NCBI RefSeq assembly: GCF_006345805.1
Contig: NC_043010.1
Span: 7,440,001 to 7,504,000 of the forward strand
Length of the DNA stretch: 64,000 nt
Source: Octopus sinensis
Lineage: Eukaryota
Reading direction: 5' to 3'
The notes below the pieces were generated by a model, which was not told the origin of the DNA, made no database searches, and worked only from the letters and a program-made list of their open reading frames with translations. Within the stretch, counting starts at the first letter, position 1, and the number at the start of each line of letters is the position of its first letter. Positions 52,616-64,000 of this stretch are shown here, one piece after another. The translations under genes were made by a program, and so were the position numbers.

Positions 52616-52823
52616 CATCATCATTTAACATCCGTTTTCCATGCTAGCATGGGTTGGACGATTCGACTGATGACTGGCGAACCAGATGGCTGCACCAGAC
52701 TCCAATCTTAATCTTGCAGAGTTTCTACAGCTGAATGCCCTTCCTAACGCCAAACCACTCCGAGAGTGTAGTGGGTGCTTTTACGTGCTACCGGCACGAG
52801 GGCAAGTCTGGCAGTACTGGCAA
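52616..52823 (-). mobile_element. Element B (variant), 5'-truncated, nested in an old SINE
   Basis: B core inserted at a CATCAT motif in the host's central microsatellite. Confidence 0.82.
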
Positions 52824-53056
52824 CACACATATACATATATATTAATATTGATGACAGGCTTCTTTCATTTTCCTTCTAACAAATCTAGTCACAAGACTTT
52901 GATCAGCTTTTGGTTATAATCGAAGACATTTGCCCTAGGTATTGCACTGTGGGACTAAACCTGAGACCACTTTGTTAGGGAGCAAACTCCTTATGAATGT
53001 GTGTGCGTGTGTGTATATATATATATACAGGCGGTGGATGTATATATATATATACA

Positions 53057-53287
53057 GGCAGTGAGCTGGCAGAAACGTTAGCGTGCCGGGCAAAATGCTT
53101 AGCGGTATTTCGTCTGTCGTTATGTTCTGAGTTCAAATTCTGCCGAGGTTGACTTTGCCTTTCATCCTTTCGGGGTTGATCAATAAAATACCAGTTTCGC
53201 ACTGGGGTCGATGTAATCGACTTAATCCCTTTGTCTGTCTTTGTTTGTCCCCTCTATGTTTAGCCCCTTGTGGGTAGTAAAGAAATA
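53057..53287 (+). mobile_element. SINE family C, full length
   Basis: Same head, core and tail as the other C copies. Further partial or old copies at about 28993-29162(+), 31390-31590(+), 33286-33450(+), 44860-45010(+), 61365-61520(-). Confidence 0.9.
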
Positions 53288-54200
53288 TATATATACATAT
53301 ATACATGTGTGTGTGTGTATACATATATGTATACACAAACACAGACTCTTATGTACACCCATCCACACACACACAAAAAGAAAGATACATATACATTTAT
53401 TATGCTTACACATATAGATGGATAGATTGGCAGACAGATAGTCAGAGCACTCACTGATTTATATCAATGACATGTAGTCTATGACAGGAACACTGAAAAA
53501 CTGATGTTTTTTTGATTAAGTACTCAATATGCTATTTAATTGTTTCACACAAGTTATACAGAATACTTGTCTCCTTTGCCGTCATAAAACACAGCGAACC
53601 AGTGACAGGCCCTTTTGAAACCCCTAATCAATGTTATTAATGTTTGCTAATTGTGATATAAAGTAATATAATTGAATTAAAATTGATAAAAAAGATATAA
53701 TATTGAACAAGACATTCCAGAGAAACAATAAAAATAGCATGTCTTTAATAAAGATGGAAAGTAATTTCATAAAAACATCAAAACAAGCTTGATACTAAAC
53801 CATATATGGAACTGACAGAATTTGCTATTTTCTGGTTTAAGTGAATCTTTTTTAAGCTTAGATTACATAAAAAATATCATTAAATTATATGGAGGATGTT
53901 TGTGTGCCTGTTTGTGCATATTTGATATTATAAAGAATTGTGTTAAGAACTAGTAAAATATTTGAGCTTCCTTAAAATAAAAGATTGGTGGTGGTAAAAA
54001 CTTTCAAAACCTCTTTTAAATTAATATCTCTATATTTCAGCTAATTCTTCAGGGGTTGCCTTTACCATTCTGCATACATACATACATGCATACAGACATA
54101 TGAACATCTAGCTATCTATCTATCTATCTATCTGTCTATATATATATATATATATATATATAAGTAGTTGAATGAATTATCTTAGTATGGATAATTCGGT

Positions 54201-54521
54201 TAACCGATACCTGGGTAGCAAATTCACGTCAGAAAAATACGGTTGAAGCTACATGCCAAGGGCAGAGATCACGTGCTTTCGTGTGGAAATTTGTGTGTTT
54301 TTTTAATACAAATAAATGAAAGAATGGAGTTGAACGACGATTTAACAAAATTCCTTTATTCTCGACATATGTTTCGAAGGCTGCATATTCCTAATTTTGA
54401 AGGAATAAGGGGTGCATTATGCCGCCTTCTCATCAGGAAAGACAAGGAACTTATGTCAGCATCAAGATGAACAAAAACAAAGGAATTTTGTTAAATCGTC
54501 GTTCAACTCCATTCTTTCATT

Positions 54522-54523
<2 letters not shown>
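54201..54523 (-). mobile_element. Penelope-like element terminal fragment with inverted arms (54313-54357 / 54479-54523)
   Basis: About 45-bp inverted repeat flanks a hammerhead motif. 54201-54357 is homologous to 38591-38755. Hammerheads in terminal repeats are a known feature of Penelope-like elements. Confidence 0.65.
54360..54440 (-). ncRNA. Minimal type I hammerhead ribozyme motif
   Basis: Minus strand: CUGAUGA (54436-54430); stem II GAAGGCGGCAUA/UAUGCAGCCUUC (11 of 12 bp); GAAAC (54375-54371); palindromic helix III AC-AUAU-GU; GUC triplet ending at 54364; stem I 4 bp (UUUC/GAGA). Confidence 0.75.
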
Positions 54524-54553
<30 letters not shown>

Positions 54554-54825
54554 ATAATATATATGTATATATATAATATATATGTATATATATATATATG
54601 TATATTATTATTATTATTATTTAACAGGAATGCTATTAACAGAGACTAAGAAGTTTTGGCCAAACAGTCTTAATCTGGGTGAAACTTCAACGTCCCTGTC
54701 ACTACTATTCTTTTTAGAGAATAATAAATTTGTACAAAAATTATGAAGTAACCCTTTAGATTGATGTAAAATTGTTTTTCTTATAACTAAACATAAGACA
54801 AACATTAATATACATTGTACGTATG

Positions 54826-54870
<45 letters not shown>

Positions 54871-55008
54871 ATATATGTATACTACCACTTGATTTTTTTT
54901 AACTTCTAACAAAATTTTACATGATATTCAAAAATATTTTACCACCTGATCAAAAATATTTATATAAAAATATATATTTATGTATGTGTGCGTATATGTA
55001 TATATATA

Positions 55009-55053
<45 letters not shown>

Positions 55054-55541
55054 CACACATATATATATTATTCTTTAACAAGAATACTATTAATAGTGAC
55101 TAAGAAGTTTTGGCCAAAGTGTCTTAATCTAGGCGAAAATTCAAAGTCCCTAGGTCCCTGTCAATACTATTCTTGTCAAAGAATACTAAATTTGTACTCT
55201 ACAAAAGTATGGGGTTAACCTTCAGATTAAGGTAAAATTGTTTGTTTGTTTTTTTTGTTATAACTAAAGATAAAACAACCATTAAAATACATCGTATGTA
55301 TATATATATATATTTATATATATTTATATATGTATGTATATATTTATTATATATATATATATATATATCACCACTTCATTTTCTTTTACTTCTGACAAAC
55401 TTTTACATGATATTCAAAAATATTTTACCAACTGATCTCAAATATTTAAAGAAATATATATGTATGCATAAATATATATATATATATATATATAAACCTA
55501 TATATATATATATATATATATGTGTGTACATACATACATAT

Positions 55542-55616
<75 letters not shown>

Positions 55617-55678
55617 CATACATATATATATGTATGTATGTATACAGACAATTAAAATATAAAAATAATATCACCTAC

Positions 55679-58105
55679 CTGGTGCATTCCCTCGGTTGTT
55701 GCCTGACAAGGAACTCCAATAGCCAGGTTAGTTCTTTTATGTGTTAGATCTTGTCTAGAATGAAGCTCTTCTCTTGGTCCTAATGTGGATGTTTTTTCAT
55801 TTTGTAAACGTGCCAAACTTGCCACAGGTACATCATAATCAGATGACATTTGTTCACAAAAATATTGAGTTTGTCTACTTTGATCCACAAATTTGCTTGA
55901 ATGATCTACACCACTACTACACCGGATATTCCTTTGATTATGTCTCTGAACGATGCATACTGTAATTGAAACTACGAGGACAAGGGATACAGTTACAGCT
56001 GCAATTACAATGATTATGAATAGATTTATGTGGATCATGTCATCTGATTGTTGATCTACAGCTGTGAACATCTTGGATGTTGTATTGCTAACAGTGAGTG
56101 TTAAAAATAACGTGGTCGTTGTTGACAAAACTGGTGTGCCACTATCTTTCACAACTAATTTTAATTCATATGATCCTGCATCATTTTGGTAAACTGGTCG
56201 AGAAAAAGACAGGATACCAGAATGTGGGTTGACTGTAAATAACTGTTTTTCATTACCTCCAAGTATTTCAAACCGAAGGAAAGCATTTACATGACTGTCT
56301 CTGTCAGAGGCCCTAAGAACTGTAATATCGTTTTTACTTTTTGGATGGTAGTGAACATCTAAATTAGAAGGGTTAACACTTGGGAATATAAAATAGGGAG
56401 GATTGTCATTTTCATCCATGACTTCAACAATAACAGTTGCAGTGTTGTTTAGTGAGGGTGTTCCATTGTCTTTGACTAAAACTTTAAATTTGTAGATTTT
56501 TTGTTGTTCATGATCTAATGATAAAGTGGTAGAAATAAATCCAAAATTAGAAATCTTAAAAGGCAGTACATGTTTATCACTACTCAACAAAGTAAAGGTT
56601 AGCTGACCTCCAAGTCCCAGATCAGGGTCACTAGCATTAATGAATCCAACAGGAAAATTTGACTTTTCATTCTCATATGTCAAAAACTTGAACGTGTCTT
56701 TAGTAAAGTGTGGTTGTACGTCGTTGACATCCATTACTTGGATAGAGAATTTTCTCTCTGTCCTTTGAGATGGTAATCCATTGTCTTTACAAGTGATAGT
56801 AAAATCAATATGGTTTTTTTTCTCTCTATCAACCGGATTCTTTACGGTTAACTTGTATTTCTTTTTGCCTAAATTCTGAAGCTGGAATTTTTCATGGAAA
56901 AGGTCACAGGTAACTTCCCCATTCTGTCCAATATCATTGTCTGTGACCTTAACGTAAGCAATAAAGCTGCCAACTTCAATATCCTCAGAAATAGTGGCTG
57001 TATTCCCAGTTGACTCTGAGAAGTTTACATCTATTGTAGGTGCATTGTTTTGTTGGTTGATAACATTTACTAAAGCCATAGCGATAGAACTTAACGGTGG
57101 ACTGCCTCCGTCTTGAGCTTCGATGAATAACTTATATGTCAGCTTTTTCCTTGAAGTCATTTTTTTTTTAATGAAAATATCTCCCGTTGTCTTATCTAGT
57201 TCAAAATGATTTTTAACAAGATCTGATGTCTTGGAGCTAAAATGATATAAAATTTTACTATTTTTTCCTGTATCTGAATCCACTGCATGTACTGTAATAA
57301 CAGGTTTTTCAATCTGATGTTGATTGTTCACGGAAACATTATACACATTTTGGGTAAATACAGGGGAGTTATCATTAACATCACTTACTGATATGTTCAC
57401 ATTTAATATTCCTTCTTTTGTAGGTGAGCCTTCATCTCTGGCAATAACTTGAAGCATAAAAGAATCTTTCATTTCACGGTCAAGTTCTTTTTCCAAGGTT
57501 ATTCCAAGTGAGTATGAATTATCAAGTCTCTTAGAGAGAGCTAAACTGAATAAGTTGTCTTTATTTTTTGACAAGAAATAAGTGATTTTGGAATTTTTCA
57601 AACCAATATCCTTGTCAATGGCGTTTGGAATTGATCTGGTGGTTCCTTTCTTATCTCCTTCAGAAAACTGAAGGTTTACCTGATTGCTAAAAAATTCAGG
57701 CTGATGATCGTTAATGTCTTCTACAACTACTTTAATCTCTAATATTTTTATGAAAGATTTTTTCTTTCTTACTGCAATATCTACCATTTTGAAGCATTCT
57801 GTATTATATTTACAGAGAGACTCAGCATCCAGTGTCTGTGCAGTGTACAACTTCCCTCTTTTGGAGACATTAAAGAGCTGGGAGTTATTACTTATGTCTT
57901 TTTCTAGTTGACTGAAGCGTATTAGATTGCGATCTATCAAGGATATACTGTCCATCAGATTGGTATCAACTCCAATATCACCTATGTAAGTTCCAGGACT
58001 TTTGCTTTCTTTCAGATAATAAATGAAATCCACACATTCCGCCATATGCAATACATGCAGTAATGCGAATACCTGTATCAACATTATTCCAAAGAGAGTC
58101 ATCAT
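55679..58105 (-). CDS. Pcdh: Protocadherin, large first coding exon (signal peptide, EC1-EC6, TM, proximal cytoplasmic region)
   Basis: 828-aa open frame 58138-55652; first ATG at 58105 ([16 protein letters not shown] signal peptide). Six cadherin repeats with DINDHQP, LDRE, DVNDNSP, DNDIG, VDRE, DVNDVQP, DPDLG, DENDNPP, DRDS motifs; [31 protein letters not shown]. Frame runs into donor CAC CAG|GTAGGT at 55679/55678 (phase 0). Family-level name only. Confidence 0.96.
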
Positions 58106-58192
58106 CCACAATGAAATAAAGTAATATGATGTCGTCACCTTTTTTTTTTATATATACTTCTAATTTTATTTGAAATGATGAATTAAAAGACT
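58106..58192 (-). other. Likely 5'UTR part of the large protocadherin exon, starting at a splice acceptor
   Basis: Minus strand reads atttctctttcag|agtc with AG at 58194-58193, implying an upstream non-coding exon that I could not locate. Confidence 0.45.
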
Positions 58193-58768
58193 CTGAAAGA
58201 GAAATATTTTGTTTTAGAAATCACAAATAATATATATTTTGCAGGGTAAACTGACATAAACTTAATCGGTTAAAAAATTCATTGAAATTGATTTAATAAA
58301 AGTTCCCCTCCAGAAATATTGCTAAGACTTGAAGGAGTCATTTCAATTTCCCATCATGCAACCCTTTTGTATAGCTTGGAGCTTCAGCTATTCAAGTTAT
58401 TATGGCCAATAACTGTTCAATACTAAAATGAAAGAGCTTGTTAGCCAAGCCAGACATTGCTGTATTCTTTTATATTTTCATAGCTATCTTTATACTAGTG
58501 AAGGAAGTAGTAGTGGTAGTAGTAGTAGTAGCAACTCTGTTGTTGTTGTTGTTGTTGTTGTTGTTGCTGATATCAATAACTATGCTGATAACAACAACAA
58601 TCACAAGAGTTTTAGAAAAATATTACTGAGAATTCATATGTCGAAAACATAAAAAGAGATAAATAAATCTATGCTATTGAAACGGGAGGTGGGGAAAATA
58701 AATAAAATTAAATAATAAACAGAAGAAAAACAATATCATTAATGCTACTATTACCATCATTAATAATA

Positions 58769-58828
<60 letters not shown>

Positions 58829-61009
58829 TGATGATAATAATAATAATAATGATAATAATAATAATGATAATGAAAATGATGATGAAGGTAAAAATTGTAG
58901 TAAATAATAATAGTAAATAATAATAATCATCATCATTATTATTATCATAAAAAATAAACAATAACAACTACAACAATAGCAAATAACAATATGAACAAAA
59001 CAGAACAAAACAAGAAAAAACATAAGCTAAATAATATATATATGAGGTAAAAAAAAAAAAAATGCTAAACAAAAATCATATTTCTGATTATAGCTACAAC
59101 AACAACAACAATCACAACAACAACAACTGTAACAAATATAGCAGCAGCAGCAAAATTAACAACAGATAACAAAAGTTTAAATAAAATAGTGATATGAAAT
59201 AATCTGAAGATGCAGTGCTTCGGTGTACTGATAAAAGCAATATTCTGTACTGTAGTGAGTGGGTAGCGTAGGGGAAAAAAACATAGATTTATGGAAGTAA
59301 TCAGGGAAATAAGAAATATTATTGGCAAGTGAGGTTGTTGTTGTTGTTTATTTTTTATTTTTTTTTTTTAGTTATTTTTGTATTTATATTATTATTTTTT
59401 TTTATTGTTATTGTTGTTGTTGTTGTTGTTGCTTATGTTTATTTATTTGGTTTGTTTTGGATATTTTTGATATAATTTTTTTTTCTTCTCTCCTTTATTT
59501 CTTTTTAGTTTTTTTTCTTTTTTCCTGTGTTTCTTCCTTTCTTTCTTTGCTTTTTTTTTCTTTTTCTTTTTTCTTTTTTTTGCCGTTCGTTCGTTCTTGC
59601 TTTTGATGAGGAAACTGTAGAGGGAGGCAGGCGGACAGGCAGACAGACAGGCAGGCAGTGACGCTATATATAATATGATAGACTGATGCATAAGTATTTG
59701 AAATTATTTCGGAAAAAGAAAAGAAGTGGTGGGGGTTGGTGGGTGGGGGAGGTGGTGCGGAGGGAGGAGGAGGGGGTGGAATTGGGGGGGGGGGTAGAGA
59801 AACATAGTTCATACATTGAAAAATGATAACCAACTTCAGTGAATAAGAGAAGTAATCACCAGAAAACAATATTAAAATGTCCCCAGCCACCAGGGCTGCA
59901 CACAGCTATTACTGCTTCTGCTGCTCATGTTCTTTATTTGTTGTTGTTGTTGTTGTTGTAGCTGTTACTACTGACGCTGTTACCGCCATAGCCAGTGTTA
60001 CCATCATCGTCATCATCATCATCGTTATTGCCATCCTCACCTCTCTACCTTTATCTGTCATGTGAAAACATGATTTAAAACAAACTCGCAAAGAAAGTAG
60101 GAAGAGAAGAAAATCTTTTCCTCTACGTTTTCTTCCTCCAAATCATCTCACCCTCTCTCTATATATATCTCTCTCTCCCTTGCTCTTTCCCTTTCTCACT
60201 TTGTCTGTCTTTCTTCTAACTTTCTAACTGAAATGATTAGATGACAGAGAGCGAGTGAGAGAGAGAGATAGAGTGAGGAAATGAAAAAATGTATGCGATG
60301 GAGTGGAGTGTGTGTATAGCTATTCCTGTTTAACCCCAGGTTGTTCTGATTAAGCAGACTCATAGACAAAAAAACAGACTAGCCATGACCATCCAGTCTG
60401 ATTTACCTTACATCCAACAACTAGGACTACGGTATCCAATGTGTTCTTTCATTTCACAAAAACAAAAGTATAATTTAAAGCGGACTTCGCTGCTATTTCT
60501 AGTTCTTTGAGTGACTGCACAGAGGCTCAGAGACTGAGGTGAGATGTGTATACTTGTCATGTAAGGTAAAGAAAACATCGATATGTGTATGTGCTTGTAT
60601 ATGCTTCTATGTGTATTACTATGTGTGACAGTATATGTGTGTGTATATGAGAGTTTGTGAGAATGTGTGGGCATGATAGCATGTCAGTATATAGGAGTGA
60701 TTTGTATGTGTGTGTGTGTGTGTGGTATGGTAGATGTAAGGTAGTGCAAATGTAAGGTAGTGCAAATGTGAGTGTATGCACTGTTGTGCATGTGAAAGAA
60801 ATAACATTATGGGATTGAAATTGAGAAAATAGTTGAAATGATATTACATATTATAGAAAGCTGAGTCCCATTTCAACTAAATAATTAACTTTTTGTTGTC
60901 TATATATGAACAGGAACAGAAGCATAAATATAGGGAATGCAAGATGCGGTAAATACTTGCATATATTTCTATGTGTGCTTATATATATATATGTGTGTGT
61001 GTATATATA

Positions 61010-61064
<55 letters not shown>

Positions 61065-61166
61065 GTATGTATATATATATATATATGGATATACATATAC
61101 ACACACACTCACATATACATATATAAATTTATAGCATATATATGTATGTATATATAAGCATCTGTA

Positions 61167-61199
<33 letters not shown>

Positions 61200-61578
61200 G
61201 TATTTATGTATATATGTTTCAGTTTAAATGTATATATATTTGTGTGTATATATATATGTATAATACATATATGCATATATACTTTTCTATTCTAAGCACA
61301 AGGCCCAAAATTTTGGAGACGGAGATTAGATTTTGGAGATTAGATCGATCCCAATACACAACTGGTACTTAATTTATCAAGCTCCCCGCCCATACACCCA
61401 CCCACCAAAGGACGAAAGGCAAAGTCGACCTTGGTGGAATGTGAACTCAGAACATAAAGCCAAACAAAATAAAGCTTAACGTTTTGCCCACCATTCTAAT
61501 GTTTCTGTCTGCTCACTACCTTCATATAGGCATATATAAACATATATATGTGTGTATATACATATACATATATGCATA

Positions 61579-61780
61579 TACAAGGGGTTGCTGAAAAGTT
61601 CCTGGCCTTAAGGATATCATGAAAGGCTTGGCTGGAGGCCCAAAACTTCTGAATTCTTTTCCAGGGCTTAGAAAAACTGAAGGACTGTGAGAGTGGAATA
61701 TGTTGAATAAAATCATAATTAACTGATCCTCCTGTATTCTCTTTTACCCAAAGCCAGGAACTTTTCAGTACTCCCTTATA
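61579..61780 (+). mobile_element. Mariner-type MITE, full length
   Basis: TIRs TACAAGGGGTTGCTGAAAAGTTCCTGGC / GCCAGGAACTTTTCAGTACTCCCTTATA with TA ends. Confidence 0.85.
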
Positions 61781-61989
61781 AGTGTATATATGTGCATGTG
61801 TGTGTGCATGTGTTGTGTGTATGTGTGTGTTAATAAATATAAACATCTACCAATCTATCTATCTACATAGCTATGTGTCTCACTATACATACATACATAC
61901 ATATAGATATAGATATATACATATATATATATATAAATATATGTATGTGTGTATGTGTATGTGTATACATATACACAGGTGTGTGTGTA

Positions 61990-62420
61990 GACATGGCTAT
62001 GTGGTTAAGAAGCTTATTTCACAGCAATATGGTCTCAGGTTCCAACCCACTACACAGTAACTTTTGGCATGTGTGGTTTTCAACAATTGCTTTGAGCTGA
62101 TCAAAGCATTGAGAGTAGATTTATTAGAGGAAAACTAAAAGAGCTTATATATATATATATTGCATATGTATGTTGTGTTTGTATGTATCCTGGTCTTGAT
62201 ATGACATGATGGTTGTAAAAGGGCATCAGCATCACACAAGCAGTGTTGTTTATCATCATTCTTCCATGAGATGCATGTCCAGTTATGGGAAATATTTCCT
62301 TGTTTGGAAATGGGTGAAGGCTAGCAATGGGAAGGGCGTCTAGTCAAAGAAAATCTGCTTCAAAAACTTCTATGTGATCCATGCCAGTGTGGAAAAGTGT
62401 ACATTAATTGATGATGATGA
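61990..62420 (+). mobile_element. Old SINE: family-A head joined to an alternative tail with B-like (GAT)n end
   Basis: A-type head, microsatellite, then GATGGTTGTAAAAGGGCATC...GGAAGGGCGTCTAG...GATGATGATGA. Related copies at 52340-52995(-) and 10715-10915(+). Confidence 0.6.
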
Positions 62421-62621
62421 ATTTTATCATCAGTATATTTCACCAGATGAGCAACCTTTATTTACCTATATATAACTATATACATTTATATGTGTATATA
62501 TTTATATGTGTGTATATATATAAATAAATATGTATATAAATGTATATATATTTGTATATATATATATATATAAAATGTATGATTTTATTTGTGTTGTGTG
62601 TACATCTATCTATCTATCTAC

Positions 62622-62820
<199 letters not shown>

Positions 62821-63791
62821 CAATCCCTACATATTCCTTTCTCTTTCTTTTTTTCTTTCTCTTTCTCCATTTCTTTTCCTCAACCTTTTCTGTCAAAGAG
62901 CATATGCTCGAAATATCAAAGACTTCACCATTCTTCCTAGGCATCAAACTAATACACCTGCTTGTTATTTCCTCACCTGTATTCATCTTTTGTCATCTGT
63001 AAATTTGAATTTTATATATACACACACACACACACCACACACACACATTATACATATATATGTTCAATGGTGCATCCATCATTCATCAATGAGGTTTCAG
63101 TTATTCAATCAAAATGAATTATTCAATCAAATGAACTGAACAAACAAGTGGTTTGCCATTACACAGACACATGTTTCCTTAAGATTATTCTTAACCACTA
63201 TCAATATGATACTGTACATAATGTGGTTATGCTTTGTGAATTACAAGTACAAACAATCCTGTGAGCTTCTGCATAATTTCTGTGAAGCCCATTTCATGCG
63301 CAAAATATGGATTGACTTGAAGATATGGAAAATATTAGTCCAAGATGTCAGAGAGTGGGATGAAACCAGATGTCATGTGGTTGCAAAACAAAATTTCAGC
63401 GATTTACGCCTACATAAATATGTATATGTATGTGTATAAATACATACATTTATATACACATACATGCAGACATTTATACACACATACAGACAAAAGTACT
63501 TTACACACATGCATGCATACATACATACATATATACATACATACATATGGGTACACTTCCTTTTAATGGTTACAAAGAAGTTACCACTATGGTACATAAG
63601 CACACAGCACCAAGTGCTCTGCTTCTCATCGCAGAAACAGCTGTAAGCTAATGAAATTCATTGCATAAATCTTGTTCTTGTGTCATTCATTAACTTTGTA
63701 CTCTCTTGCCACTTTCTTCTAAAATATTAATATATTGAGTTCTCATGATTGGTTATTAGTATCCCTCTGAGTTAGCAAAATCAAATATATG

Positions 63792-63846
<55 letters not shown>

Positions 63847-63926
63847 TATATGTATGTATGTGTCTATGTATCTATCTATCTACCTATCTATGTTTATATT
63901 CATATCCCTCTCTAGATATGTATATG

Positions 63927-63985
<59 letters not shown>

Positions 63986-64000
63986 ATATATATATATATA

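Noticed and set aside
55652-55678. C-terminus VGDIIFIF-stop of the 828-aa ORF
   Set aside because: It follows a consensus donor and is probably intron read-through, although an unspliced isoform cannot be excluded.
58106-58138. ORF start at 58138
   Set aside because: That codon is GTG after a poly(A) run; the first ATG leading into a signal peptide is at 58105.
59255-59280. CGCT motif resembling the vertebrate clustered-Pcdh promoter element
   Set aside because: A 4-mer has no statistical weight, and the TSS is unknown.

Overview
Eukaryotic, AT-rich, microsatellite-saturated genomic DNA. The repeat families and protocadherin type point to a coleoid cephalopod, most likely Octopus (inference). 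One host gene is supported: a minus-strand protocadherin. Its single large exon (CDS about 58105-55679) encodes a signal peptide, six cadherin repeats, a TM helix and the start of the tail, and ends at a CAG|GTAGGT donor. A phase-compatible 145-nt exon with a DSGSGW-type cytoplasmic motif lies 46.5 kb downstream (9197-9053), so most of the window is probably one large intron or a series of introns. That interval holds tRNA-derived SINEs (here called A, C, D, E), a modular (GAT)n-tailed element (B), CR1-group LINE pieces (one with an intact 513-aa RT ORF), mariner, piggyBac-like and hAT-like MITEs, a solo LTR, a foldback element and a Penelope-like fragment carrying a minimal hammerhead ribozyme on the gene's sense strand. 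Family letters are my own labels. Almost all ORFs in the supplied track are microsatellite or repeat artefacts. All calls were made by eye, without database searches.
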